Below, in pieces: positions 11,178-23,032 of a stretch of 40,240 nucleotides of DNA (its first letter is position 1; every line of letters starts with the position of its first letter). The stretch is from Parvularia atlantis (taxonomy: Eukaryota), in contig CALSCO010000718.1 in NCBI GenBank assembly GCA_943704415.1, positions 1 through 40,240 of the forward strand, read 5' to 3'. The translations under genes and the position numbers were made by a program. Under the pieces are notes generated by a model. The model worked only from the letters and a program-made list of their open reading frames with translations. It made no database searches and was not told the origin of the DNA.

Positions 11178-13074
11178 TTAGGTCTTCTTTACAATCATGA
11201 TCACGTCCTCCGGGTCGACCTGGTGGTTGATGCCGACGCGCTGCGGGTTGTGCTTGGTGCTCGTGCCCTGCGGCGCCGCGCGCGGTCAGTGTGCATCGCG
11301 TGCGTGCGTGCTGCGGTTATTTCGCACCCAGACGAGCGCGTACTTGAACTGCGCGGCGAGCGTGCGGTGCACGCAGTGGCACTGGCGCGGGCGTGTGTCG
11401 ACCGTCGCACGAATCACATCCACAGCTGCGCACCACATGCTCCACGGTCGCGCCGCGCCGCAGGATCAGCCCGCCGGCAAAGTCCGGGTACTCGCCGCGC
11501 CGCTTGGTGTAGACGCGGATCAGGTCCAGGTGCTCCCAGATCTTCTCGATCAGGTAGTCCAGGTTGAGGTCCTCGGCCGAGCTGCGCGCGCGTATGTCAG
11601 GTGTGTGTGTGTGTGTGTGCGTGTGTGCGTGTGTGCGTGTGTGCCTGATCACGACCGAGTTGGGCAGGCGCGCCAGCCGGTCCATTTCCTCGACGGTCAC
11701 CTGATCAATCTTGTTGTAGCACTGGGAGGCGTGTTGGTCAACACGCGCCGTGTGAGCCGGGCGGGAGCCGCACGTAGAGGCACTTCATGTACTTGCGCCG
11801 CCCGACGACAACGTCGATAAACTCGTCTGCGGTACGCACGCGTGTGAGCGCGAGCCAGCCCAGCAGGTGAGCCGCACCGGACGTCGCGTCCTCGCGGATG
11901 ACGACCTCAGCGTTGAAGATCTCTGCATGCGGCCGGCTCAGCGCACGCACAGAGCAGCACAGTCGCACGCACTGTACTCGTGCAGGATCATGTAGACCAT
12001 CTTCTCGTTCAGGTGCGTGAGCTTGACCGTCGCGTTGAACGAGATGCCGCCGCCCTTCTTGATCTGCGCACGCGCGCCGCGTCAGTCGCGAGCACGAGCG
12101 AGGCGCGCGCACCTTGAAGTAGATGTTGGGTGGCCTCGTGTTGAGCCGGATGCCGACGTCGTCCAGCTCCTTTGTCAGAAGCTCGCTGCATGCGCGTCTC
12201 AGCCCCGCGCCCCATCTCTGCCAGCGGCCTGCGCACCGCTGGATCTCGCCCTTGCTCGCGTCAATCATCATCAGCACCATGTCGGCCGTGCGCGCGGTCG
12301 AGATGACCTGGCGGCCGCGGCCCTTGCCTGCGTCGCGTGAGCCCGCTACGGCATGTGCGGTGCGCGACACGGCACCCTGCGAGGCGCCCTCGATAATGCC
12401 GGGCAGGTCGAGCAGCTGGATCTCGGCGCCGTTGTACTGCGCAGCCGCCGCTCGCAGTCAGCACCACGTGCCCACACGAGACCGGCATACGCGCGCACCT
12501 GGATCTTGCCCGGGATGCACTGCGCTCGCGCAGCGATCGATCAGCGCCATCGCCACGTGTGCGCCAGCCACCCTTGCCGCGCGCACCGTCAGCGTCGTAA
12601 ACTCGTAGCTCGCCGCGACGCTCTCCGTGCCCGTGACCTTGGACAGCAGCGTCGACTTGCCCACGGACGGGAAGCCGATGAGCGCCACGCGCGCGTCGCC
12701 GCTCTTCATCACGTCGAAGCCCTCGCCCTTCTGCCCGGCCGACTTGGGCGGCTCGAGCAGCTGTTGGCGCAGCTTGGCGACGCGCGCTTTGAGCAGGCCG
12801 AGGTGGTACTCGGTCGCTGGGCGCCGCGCGGTGCCGCGTGAGGTGCGCGATGCCGCCGATGTCGGTACACACCCTTGTTCTTCTGCGTGCGGGCCATCTC
12901 GGCCTGCGACACGCGCGCCGTCAGCAGCGGGCGCACGATTCAACACAGCGCATCCGCACGCACCTCGATGTCGGCGATGCGCTGCGCACCGTGCCGCACG
13001 CGCGCCGCCCCGTCAGTGCCCGCGGAGCAGCCGCGCGAGCCCGCGATCCGCGCGCGCACCTCGAGGATCCCCAT
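11178..13074 (-). CDS. DRG2: developmentally regulated GTP-binding protein 2 (DRG2/RBG2)
   Basis: Fifteen exons give [31 protein letters not shown]...GFPSVGKST...YEFTTLTCIPG...[19 protein letters not shown]...YNKID...TGS domain. Stop is TAA at 11180-11178. Confidence 0.96.
11601..11643. repeat. imperfect (GT/CA)n microsatellite inside the GC-AG intron of DRG2
   Basis: Read directly from the sequence. Confidence 0.85.
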
Positions 13075-13088
13075 GGCTGGCCTTTGTA

Positions 13089-13116
13089 CGTCACACTAGA
13101 GAATATTTGACACTTG
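13089..13116. promoter_or_regulatory. candidate promoter element CGTCAC...CTAGA...TGACACTTG in the DRG2/GST divergent gap
   Basis: AT-richer island about 15-40 bp upstream of the DRG2 ATG. A near-identical element lies at 34417-34434. Confidence 0.45.
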
Positions 13117-13386
13117 TTGGCCGTACAGTTCGCTAGTGCCGGTGTGTTGCGCTCGCTGCGCGCCGTCGCCCCGTGGCTGTGGCCCGCTCGCTGGCTTCGA
13201 TGCATGCGGACCGCGGGCGTGCACAATACAATCCGCGCGGAGATCTGCCGATCGGCGCCGCGCGGCCGATCATGATCCGATCGCCGCGCACGCTGACATA
13301 AGGCGATCACTTTCAGTTTCCCTCACTCCACCCGGCCGCCGCCGCCGCCCGACCCGCCGCCCGACCCGCCGCCGCCCTCCGTCCAG

Positions 13387-14210
13387 ATGATGCTCTCGCC
13401 CGCGCACCGCTCGCTCGCCGAGGAGACCGTCAAGGTCCAGTACCTGAACCTGCCCGGTGCGGCACGCGCGCGCCCCGGCTCTTTCTCACGGTCTGTGCGC
13501 CAGCCGTCGGCCGCGGCGAGGTCGTGCGCCTGTTCCTCGAGGACAACCAGGTGCCGTTCCACGACGACCGCATCGACATGAAGGACTGGCCGACGCTCAA
13601 GGCCGAGGTGCAGCGCGACGGCCGCAACCCCGGTATGATCATCATGCCGCCGCGTTGGTCCTCTCAGGCTGCCGTCTTCTCACGCGCCCCCGCGTCGCAG
13701 CCGCTCACGTGCCCATCGTTACCATCGGCGGCCGCGTCTACACCGAGCACATCGCCACGTGCCGCTACATCGCCCGCCGCCTCGGCCTCTACGGCCAGGA
13801 CGCCGAGGCGGACTACTACACCGACAAGATCGCCGACGCGTACGTCGACTGGCGCAACAGCTGGGTCAAGATTTTTGGCCTGGACGACGCCGGCAAGGCC
13901 AAGCGCCTGGCCGAGGAGATGCCGCAGCACGCACAGGTCTTCGAGTCGTTCCTCGGGTGCGATTTTTCTTGCGCTTGCCGCTTTGGCATCGCGGCTGACC
14001 ATGCTCGGCAGCATGCGCGAGGGCCCGTTCTTCGGCGGCGCGACGTTCACGTTCGCCGACGCGGCCGTGTTCCAAATCATGCACGACGAGATCAAGTTTG
14101 GCGCGACCATCGCCGCCGACAAGTTCCCGCGCCTCAACGCGTTCTACGAGGCGGTCAAGGCACGCCCCAACGTCGCGGCCTACCTTGCCTCGCCGCGCCG
14201 CCACGAGTGA
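13387..14210 (+). CDS. glutathione S-transferase (pi/sigma-like)
   Basis: Four exons give QYLNLPAVGRGEVVRLFLED...HVPIVTIGG...EHIATCRYIARRLGLYG...TFADAAVF...KFPRLNAFYEAVKARPNVAAYL. Confidence 0.9.
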
Positions 14211-14253
14211 TGCGCTCTGGCTGCAGTGAGCGATGCCCGCGAGCGATGTTCGT

Positions 14254-14376
14254 GCTCGCGGAGCGGCTGCGCACCAAGCCGCACGCTCGCGAAGCGGCTG
14301 CACACCAAGCCACACGCTCGCGAAGCGGCTGCACACCAAGCCACACGCTCGCGAAGCGGCTGCACACCAAGCCACA
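14254..14376. repeat. 31-bp minisatellite x4 (GCTCGCGAAGCGGCTGCACACCAAGCCACAC)
   Basis: Head-to-tail units start at 14254, 14285, 14316 and 14347, with no spacers. Confidence 0.95.
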
Positions 14377-14452
14377 AAGAGACCAGCCCAGCCACACGCA
14401 GACCGGCCGCAACCGGCGCCGCAACTGAACACGACAATCAACCAACAGTGCG

Positions 14453-15202
14453 ATGTACACTGTGGCGAAACGGCTGAGCGCGCTCGGGAGCCTCGCGCTG
14501 TCGGCGGCGATGGCGCTGGCGGCGGCGGTGGCGCTGACGAGCCTCGTGCTGCCGATGACCGCGACGGGCACGGTGCAGCTGCACTCGCTGCAGGTGCAGC
14601 GCGCGCAGGGTGCGCCCTCGCCCGCCCCTCCGCCCTCGCGCCCAACAAGACGCGCAGACTTCTTCACGCGCAAGGAGGTCGAGGTCTGCGACCTGCTCAT
14701 CAACCTCGACGCCGGTGCGGCGGCGCCGTCGGCTGGCGGCCGCGCAGATGCCTGATCGCGATGTGCCGCAGACATCGACGGGCTCTTCCACTGGAACACG
14801 AAGCACGTGTACCTCTCGCTCGTCGTCGAGTACAGCAGCGCGCGCGTGGTGCGGGCCCCGATCGCGTCGCCTGCCGCCTGCCTGCCGCTGTCCTGCCCAC
14901 ACGCGATCGCGCGCGCGCATCGCAGCCGTACACGCAGACCGTGCTGTGGGACCTCGTCGTCAACGGCACGCAGCCGCACCGCATCGAACTCAAGAACCAC
15001 CGGCCAAAGTTTGCCCTCGCCGACGGCTTCTTCGGGCTGCGGTGCGGCCCACGCACGCGCGCCTTGCTGTGCATCGCGCCTGCTCACGTGCGATCGTGCA
15101 TGCAGCGGCGCCAAGCTCAACGCGTCCGTGCACTGGGACATTGTGCCGTACGCGGGCGCGCTGCTGCGCGGTAACACCGAGCCCGTGACCTTTGCCGTGT
15201 GA
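14453..15202 (+). CDS. SPCS3: signal peptidase complex subunit 3 (SPC22/23)
   Basis: Five exons give an N-terminal TM segment (MYTVAKRLSAL...) plus LDADIDGLFHWNTKHVYLSLVVEY, QTVLWD and HWDIVPYAGAL. Confidence 0.9.
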
Positions 15203-15244
15203 GCGCCCCATGCCACCAGACACACAATTGCGCCACGCGTCTCG

Positions 15245-15872
15245 TCAGTCCAGCAGCGACCCCGTCACCTGCGACGCCGGGCCAGCGGACGTCGCGGCAG
15301 CAAAGACGTCGTCGAGCGATGGTGGCCACATCGGCGCGGACGAGGGCGCGTCGCCGCCGCCGATCCCGCCCCCGCCCAACCGCGCCGGCGCGTCGTCCAG
15401 GAACGGATTGTAGTCGAGCAGCGACTGTGGCCCCGAGGGCTCGGACGTGCGGTGCATGCCCCCGCTCGGCGCCGGCTCGGCGCTGATCGCAGAGTCGTCG
15501 TAGAACGGGTTGGTCGACTTGGTGGCCGCCGCCACAGCGCCAAATACGGGCGGCGCGTCGTCCTCCCAGTAGAGCGACGGCGGCCGCATCGAGCTCGCGG
15601 CCGACAGCGACGACCGCGTGCTCCCAAACGGGTTGTCGTCGCCGTCGAGGATGAACGCCCCGGGTCGCTCGAGCCGCTCGGCCAGCGAGGCGGCTGCGAG
15701 GTCGTCCGCGTCCACGAGCTCGCCCACGGTCGCATCCAGCGGCTGCTCGACCCACCACGCCGGCCCCGGCGACAGGCCGCGCTCGAGCGTCGTCCCGTCC
15801 TCGAAGCCGTCCACGTGCCCGTCCTCAGCCGGCGTTGACAGATCCAGCAGGTCACCCACGACGGCCGCGGCG

Positions 15873-15905
<33 letters not shown>

Positions 15906-16478
15906 GCCAACACGGCCACGGCGGCCGGCATGCTCATGGCGGCCGACTCGGTGCGCTTGCGCGACGGCAGCGGCGGCGGAACGGGCGGCGGCGGGCGGCG
16001 CGCAGGCAGCCGCGGCGGCTCGAGGCTGCTCGGGCCGGCCGCGTCGGGCCCGACCATCGACTGCGGGCGCTTGGGCACGGCCGGCATGCCCAGCGGCGCG
16101 GTCGCGCGTCCGAGGATCGCCACGGGGAACAGCTCGAGCTTGCTGCGGCGCTCGTGCTCTGCCCGCCTCCGTCAGCACCAGGCACACCAGCACCGCCACT
16201 GTGCGCACCCTGCTCGAGCTCGCGACGCAGCACGCTCGGCACGTGCACGCCAGGCAGCTCCGAGTACAGGGCCTCCTCGACGGTCTCGCGGCAGGCCCCG
16301 TCGATCACCACCGCCTCAAAGTCGTACAGACCCTTGACGGGCTTATGGTCAGACGACTTGAGCTCGGCGCGCTCGTAGAAGCGCCGCTTGACCCGCCCCT
16401 GGTACAGGATGCGGTCGGTCCACGCCGGCGTGCGGTTCTTCTCGCTGTGCACGCCGCCGAGCTCGTTAGCGCACACGC

Positions 16479-16514
<36 letters not shown>

Positions 16515-19500
16515 CCGACGCGCCGCACCCCGTGTCGTAGTTGTTCGTCCCGACGTCGTACTTGTACGTCGGCAGGAACGTGAGCTCGCCCTCGTGGAAG
16601 CCGTTGAACGCGAGGCCCTTGGACCGCGCCTGGTTGAGCTGTGTGCGCCGGAAAGCGTGAGCGCACGCGCGAAGCGATCACGCGCCGACGGCACCTGGTC
16701 GTACGGCAGCAAGGCCTTGACGTCGCCCTGTGCGCACCGCCGGCGCACGTCCTCGTTGTTGACGTCGATGCGGTAGTTGAAGTCGCCAAACCAGAAGATG
16801 ACGCTGCGATCGCACACCGTCACCACACCCGCACCAACGTGCTCACACGCGGTACGCACTCGTGCTTGTCGATCGCGCCGGCCATGGGGAACTGGATGCC
16901 CTCGGTGATCGTATGGTAGTCGCGGTTGCGGTCGTCGACATTGCCCTGACCCGCGGCCAGGTGCGCGCACACAAAGCAGACCGACGTCTCGCCCACCTCG
17001 AAGCGGATGGCCACACCGCCCTTGTTGCCCGCGATGCCCGCGAGGCCCGTCTGCGGCGCGCGCCCCCGGGTCAGCGCTGCTTTGCGCGGGCACAACCTGG
17101 GGCGGCCTTGCCTTGCACTGCGCCGCCTCGAGGTTTGTGATCCGCCCGACCAGGCGCTTGTGCACAAAGATGCACATGCACGCGCCCACGAGCTGCTCCG
17201 AGCGCAGCAGCACGTACTCGTGCACCTGCTTGTCGGCGCGGCGCGACATGTTGAGTGTGCGCTCGATCAGGGCCTGCCAGTAGAGCAGCTTGGACGGGTC
17301 CGTGTTCATCAGCTGCGCATCAGTTAGCCCTTTGCGCACGTCAGCGAAAGTGCGCACACACCTGCTTTGCGCTCAGCGGCACCAGCTCCTGGAAGCCGAT
17401 CGCGTACAGGTCCGGCACGTCTGCACGCGCACGCGTCAGCCCTTGCCAGCGTGCAGCGAGAGCACGCACCGTGGTCAAAGAGCAGCCACGGCTGCAGCGG
17501 CTCACCGTTGGGCGGCTGCCCGTTGACGTTCCACGTGCCCACGTGCACGCGGATGTTTTGCACGCTTTGGCAGTGCGCCTCGACGCTGCGCGCGCGCGCG
17601 TCTGTCTCAGCTGCACGAACCACCACTCCTAAGCACGAAGCGCACCGTGCGGCGACGGACGCCTCGGCGTCGTCCTGCAGCGGGTGCCGCAGCAGCGTGG
17701 TGATGGCCTGCCATTTGCTCAGCTTGCCCACAAGAAGGTCGATGACGTATTGCCGCGAGTCGTCCAGGAACGTGTTGACGTACATGCGGTTGACGGTCTT
17801 CACCGCGTCATCGAGCATGCCGACCATCGTGCGCTTGCCCGTGCGCGTGAAGCCCGACTTGAGCGCACCTGGACCGAGCGCGCGTGAGAACGCAGAAGCA
17901 CGCGCAGCCACACGCACCCGTCCCCGCGTACAGCACGCTCAGCGCGTCGCCGTTGTTGGCCCACATCTCGTTCAGGCACGCCGAGAAGATGTCGAGCCCG
18001 CGCACGCCCTGGCTGCCGTCGGCCGCGCCGCCGAGCTGCATATCGAGCGCTCGGCGGGCGATGGCGCCCTGGGCCATGTTGGTGCTGCGTGCACAAGTGC
18101 GCGTGTGAGCGCCGCCAATGCGCCGCCAACGCGCAGTCAATGCGGCCCGCACCGATCGAGGCAGTCGACGCAGTTGACGCGGAAGACGCCCTCCTGGCGC
18201 AGCAGGGTCTCGTGCGTACTGTCGCTGCGCAGGAAGAACTGGAACGTCTTGATGTCGCGGCCGAGCTCGGCGACGAGCATGGCGATGTTATCGAGGTTCT
18301 CCTTGAGGTGGTAGTGCGAGTCAAAGTTGGTCACGCGCACGAGGTTGTCCTCAATCATGTTGAGCGCGCGGCGGTAGTCGTCGCTCAGCGTCTGCTCGCC
18401 GCCCTTCTGCGCCAGCAGGTTGACGACGCGCACGGCGCCATAGGCCATGTGCAGGTCGGCAAAGTGGCGCCGCACGGCCGGGAGCGAGCCCGCGACGGTG
18501 CGGGCCAGGTCGACGCGGTGCCCGCCCAGCTGCAGTCCCTTCTGCTCCCAAAACAGGGGCACGGAGCCGCGCACGAGCACGAGCGCGTGCGTGAGCCCGC
18601 CCACGCTCACGATCTGCTCCGTCTCGACAAAGTTGGCCACGTGCCCGCCGTCGTTGATGCCGCGGATGTTGAAGCGCGTTCCGACGCGGTGGCTGCTCAG
18701 GCGCGAGATGAGCGCGGCCATGTACTTGTCGCCGCCACCGCCACCACTGCCGCCACTACCACTGCTGCCGCCGCTGGCGCTGCGCAGCAGCCCGCGCCGG
18801 ATCTCGACAAAGCCCTGGATGCACAACAGGAGCGGCGGCGGGAGGCGGCCGGTCGGCGGCGGTGCGATGTGCAGCAGGTCCTTGAGCAGGTACCGGTTGA
18901 ACAGGAAGCGCTCGTTGACGGTGCGCCAGGGCGAGGGCTGCGGGCGCGCGGCGAGGCTGCGCCGCTGCGTCGAGCTGGTGAGGTCGAGCGTGTAGGAGAA
19001 GTAGAAGGCGCCCGAGGCCAGGTACTTGTGCACGTCGGCGCAGGGGTGCGGGAGGGTCTGCTGCGTGACCGGGTCGAGGTACTCTAGGTGCGAGCCGCTG
19101 TCGCACACGCCGCTGACGAGGCTGTAGAAGCGCACGCCGGTGATGCGGTACACGACGTGCTCGTCGATGATGCCGACCGACGTCGCGGCCGTGACGACGC
19201 CCACAAACAGCTCTGGCGCGTGCGCGATGTCAGTGCTATATCGAGGCGACGTGAACGAGACGCAAATGCGACGCGAACGCGACGCGAATGAGACGCGAAC
19301 GCGACGTCCGTGTGGCACGCGCACGTGCCAGCTCAACCACCCACGACGGACGCACCTTTGCGCAGCGGCAGCACGCCGAGGATCCCGTACGCGTTCGCGA
19401 GCAGCCGCAGCGACGCGTCGCGCGCAAAGCTCTCGGGCGTGGGCAGGAAGAGCACGCTCGCGCCCTGGAACAGCACGGCCTGGGCGCTCGCGTCGTGCTC

Positions 19501-19698
19501 GTCGTCGCCCTCGGCCTGCGCGCGCCGCCCGGCCGCGGCGACGGGCGGGAGCAGCACGAGCACGCGCTGGTCGTCGCCGCCGCCGCCGCCGCCACCGCTG
19601 GCCGCCGCCGCGCCGCCGACGTTGCCGCTCCAGTCGCGCACCATGAGGCGGAACGGGCCCGCGCCTGAGGCGCCTGCGCTGCTCCCGTGCGACGCCAT
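15245..19698 (-). CDS. SYNJ: synaptojanin-type phosphoinositide phosphatase (Sac1 + 5-phosphatase + Pro-rich tail)
   Basis: Sac1 motifs GTRFNIRGINDGGHVANFVETEQI, RGSVPLFWEQ and RVNCVDCLDRTN (CX5RT intact). 5-phosphatase motifs GTWNVNG, GNKGGV, WFGDFNYRI and RTPAWTDRILY. Confidence 0.95.
16481..16512. repeat. (GT)16 microsatellite in a synaptojanin intron
   Basis: Read directly from the sequence. Confidence 0.95.
19248..19306. repeat. 11-bp tandem repeat x5 (GACGCGAAYGM) in synaptojanin intron 1
   Basis: Read directly; it accounts for much of the 143-nt intron (19213-19355). Confidence 0.8.
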
Positions 19699-19807
19699 GC
19701 TGTGATGCGTGGCCGTCGCTCCCCGTGCGTCACGCTCTTTGTGATGTGCAACTGCTCACGGTCTGTACGGATGCGCCCTGCCATGCGCACACAGGGCACA
19801 GAACGCA

Positions 19808-20758
19808 TCACGGATTGCGCTGCGACGGCGCCGTGGGAACGACCACCGCGCTACCCTCCGGCACGGGCTTGCGCTTGTCGTACTCGTCAAAGTCGTCCAG
19901 GATCGACATGCGCGCCTCGTACTTGGCGATGATCGACAGCACGCGCTTGCCCGGCTCGAGCAGCACCTCCTGCGTGTCGCGGCTGGGCGCGCGGTGCGTC
20001 AGCAACCATCGATGGCCCGAGCACGCGCGCGCGCGTACCTGTTGGTGACGGGCTTGTTTTCGTTGTTGCTCAGCGTGACGTCGCGCAGCGCGCTGTTGGG
20101 CACGTCCTTGACAAAGATCCACTTGACCTCGAGCACGCCCTTCCACAGGTCCTGCGCCGCAGCCGCTCAGCCGCAGTGGCGCCACCTCACGCAGCACGCA
20201 CCTGCGCCCACACGGTGCACGTCGACTCGTAGTCGACCGGCGTCATCATCTGCGCCATGCCCTGGAAGTGGCCCGAGCCGTTGACCGAGAAGAACAGGTA
20301 GATCGGACCGCGATGCGACGACTCGCGGAAGGCCTTGTCGAGGCGGTTGTTGCCCTGCGCGGCGGTGTGAGCGCACCGTCTCGGTGCAGCGCACGGCAGG
20401 CAGACCGCACCGGCGTCGTGCTTGCCCAGATTGAGTACTTGAGCGACTTGTGGATGTCCTCCTCGCTGAACGACTTGATCACGAAGAAGCGCGCGTACTC
20501 GGGGCTGGTCGCGAACGACTACACCCGCGCCCGTCAGCGTCTGCGCGCGCCACAAGGGACCACACACACCTTCGGGTTGACCGTCTGGCGCAAGAGCGCC
20601 TTGGTCATCGGCGCGCGCGCGAGCACCGACTTGGACAGGTCGACCTTGTCCTTCAGTGGCACCTGCACAGACGTTGCCGCGGCGGGGGCGGCTGGCGGCG
20701 GCGCGGCGACCGTCGATGGCACGGGCGTCGGCGGCTGGGACACGGGCTTGCTGGGCGT

Positions 20759-20789
<31 letters not shown>

Positions 20790-22136
20790 ACGGCCGCAGG
20801 CGCGGCATTGATAACCACAGGCTCCGACGCCGCAGGGAGCGCCGGGCGCAGCGGACGCACGGGACGCGGTCTGGGCGCCACGGCCGCGGGCACGACGATA
20901 GACTGTCCCTGAACGGCGACCACCGTTGCGAGGGGCGGGCGCACGACCGTTCCGGGCTGCTGCGCAATGAGCGGCCACGAGACCGGGCTGCTGGCGATCT
21001 GCACGGGCACGGCGACGGATGGTGCGGGCGGCGTGACGGCAAACGTGGGCTCGGTCGCAACCGCGGGCGCCAACTCTGGCGCTCGCTCGACCGACAGGGC
21101 GCTGGGCGCCGACAGCACGTCGGCCGGTACGCTCGAAGCGGGCGTCACAACAGGGCGCAAGGCGACGTAAGACGTGGGCGTGTACGCGGCGGTCGCAGCG
21201 GGCGACGGCGCGGGCACGACCGTGTGCGCGGGCGAGACGACAAGCAACATCGGCCGGCCGGTTCCGATGGCAGACAGAGCCGCGGGCTGGAACGACGGGA
21301 GGACGAGGCCGCCGACGGCGGCGTGGTGTAGGTGCGACGCGGCAGATCCGCCCGGGTTGAGCATGTCCGCGTGCGATTCCCATCCGTGCGGGTTGACGAG
21401 CGAGTCCACGATTGACACGGGCGCAGCCGGCTGTGCAGCCGGCGTGGTGGCGAGCGCGGCCATCTGGCGCGCCACGAGCGGGTTGTATGGCGCGGGCACG
21501 GGCGCGGGCACGGATGCCGGCGCGGGCGGGGTCGTGGCCGTGCTGGGCGCGCGCAGCTGCACGACGAGCGGCACGAGCGGCGCGGTGTTGGCGCGCGCGG
21601 GCAATGAGGCCACGACGTCCTTGTGCGTGGCCGGGCTGAGCGCGGTCGGGTTGAGCAGGGCGAGGAGCATGTCATTGTTGATGGGCGTGGCGCCGTTCAT
21701 CTGCTGCTGCTGCGGTGGCTGCTGCTGCTGCTGCTGCGGTGGCGGCTGCTGCTGCTGCGGTGGCGGCTGCTGCTGCTGCTGCTGTTTCTGCAGCTGCGCG
21801 ACGTACGACGTCGGCAAAGGCGCCGGCAGCGGCTCACGCAGCGCCGGGATGAGCGACTGGTAGCGCTGCCAGCCCTCGGCCTGGCCCATGTCGGCTGGCA
21901 CGCGCGCCAGGTTCGGTCGGGTTCAGTTCGCGCGCTCTGGCGCCAGCGCTGTCGTCACCGCACCCGCCAGCGCCAGCGCGTCCTCGTCCAGCCCCAGCAC
22001 GTTGACCAGGCCCGACGTGAACTCGTCGTCGTAGTCCTGCAGCTGGCGGGTGCGCGGCGTGCGCGCGCGGTCGCGGCCGGGGATCAGCACGGCCGAGAGA
22101 GAGGGGAAGAGCGCGCACCTCGGCGCCGCCGTCCAT
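19808..22136 (-). CDS. YTHDF: YTH-domain m6A reader (YTHDF/Pho92 type) with Q/P-rich N-terminus
   Basis: [63 protein letters not shown] and PVTNSRDTQEV; aromatic-cage Trp residues present. First coding exon is MDGGAE (18 nt). Confidence 0.93.
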
Positions 22137-22214
22137 GGCTGATCTCGCTCCCACCGCCCCGCTGCGGTGTCGCTGCGCCGCGCCGCGCTCGTCAGCCGCA
22201 CCACACGCTCCCCG

Positions 22215-22280
22215 CGCACGCCCCGCGCACGCCCAGCGCACACCCAGCGCACGCCCAGCGCACACCCAGCGCGCGCCCCG
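22215..22280. repeat. 11-bp tandem repeat x6 (CGCACRCCCAG) upstream of the YTH ATG
   Basis: Units start at 22215, 22226, 22237, 22248, 22259 and 22270. Confidence 0.8.
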
Positions 22281-22328
22281 TGAGCGAGCCAACAGCCGCC
22301 GGCAAAACTCATCGCCAGCCACACGGAA

Positions 22329-22369
22329 TCCATCATGGCGTCACTTGCGTGACGATCTGCCATGATGGA
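22329..22369. promoter_or_regulatory. imperfect inverted repeat/hairpin in the YTH-MPLKIP-like divergent region
   Basis: TCCATCATGGC pairs with GCCATGATGGA and encloses GTCAC-TTGC-GTGAC. Confidence 0.55.
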
Positions 22370-22924
22370 AAGTGACGAGGCCGAGACGGCGGCATTCGCG
22401 GCTCTTGGTCTGCCGCTCGGCTTCGGCGCGGTGGCGCGGCCTGCGGTGGCGGTGGCGCGCGGTGGACGGGGCGGGGCCGGACGCGGCGGGGCCGGGCGCG
22501 ACGATGCGGCGCGCGGGCGAGGCGGCCGGGCGCAGCCGACGACCAAGGTGCGGATGCGATGCGCTCGGTGCTGATCGCCGATGCTGATCGCGGCGCAGCG
22601 TCCGCGGCACGACCAGGCGCCGTCGTCTGCACCGCCGCCTGCACCGCAGCACGGCGAGGTAAACGGCGCAGGACAACAGCAGATCGGCCAGTACGTCAAG
22701 CGATCGTTCCTGCTCAACCCGTGGGCCAAGCTCGAGCGGGCGATGCAGCTGGCGCCGCCTTCGTCCGTGCGCTGGCCGCCGCCACCACCCGGGTCCGCTG
22801 CTGCCGTTGCGCCCTCTGCACCTGCTGCTGCCGTCACGGCTGCTGCTGCTGCTGCGCCGGTGCACGCCGAGATCGCGCTGGACGAGGCGGCCGCGGACGT
22901 CCACGTCAATGCCGAGCCAGCAGA

Positions 22925-22958
<34 letters not shown>

Positions 22959-23000
22959 CGGCCCGCCCTGCAGCTGCCGCCGCCGCGCACAGACACGTGA
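22362..23000 (+). CDS. small RGG-rich protein with MPLKIP/TTDN1-like motif
   Basis: Two exons (GTGCGG...GCTGAT...GCAG intron) give MMESDE...LGLPLGFG...RGGRGG...YVKRSFLLNPWAKLE, which resembles the MPLKIP YFKPSMLEDPWAGL motif as I recall it. Confidence 0.5.
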
Positions 23001-23032
23001 GCGACGCAGCATCTTTTGTGCTGATCGCGAAG

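Noticed and set aside
14254..14376. 31-bp repeats as a CRISPR array
   Set aside because: Units are contiguous with no spacers, there are no cas genes, and the context is eukaryotic.
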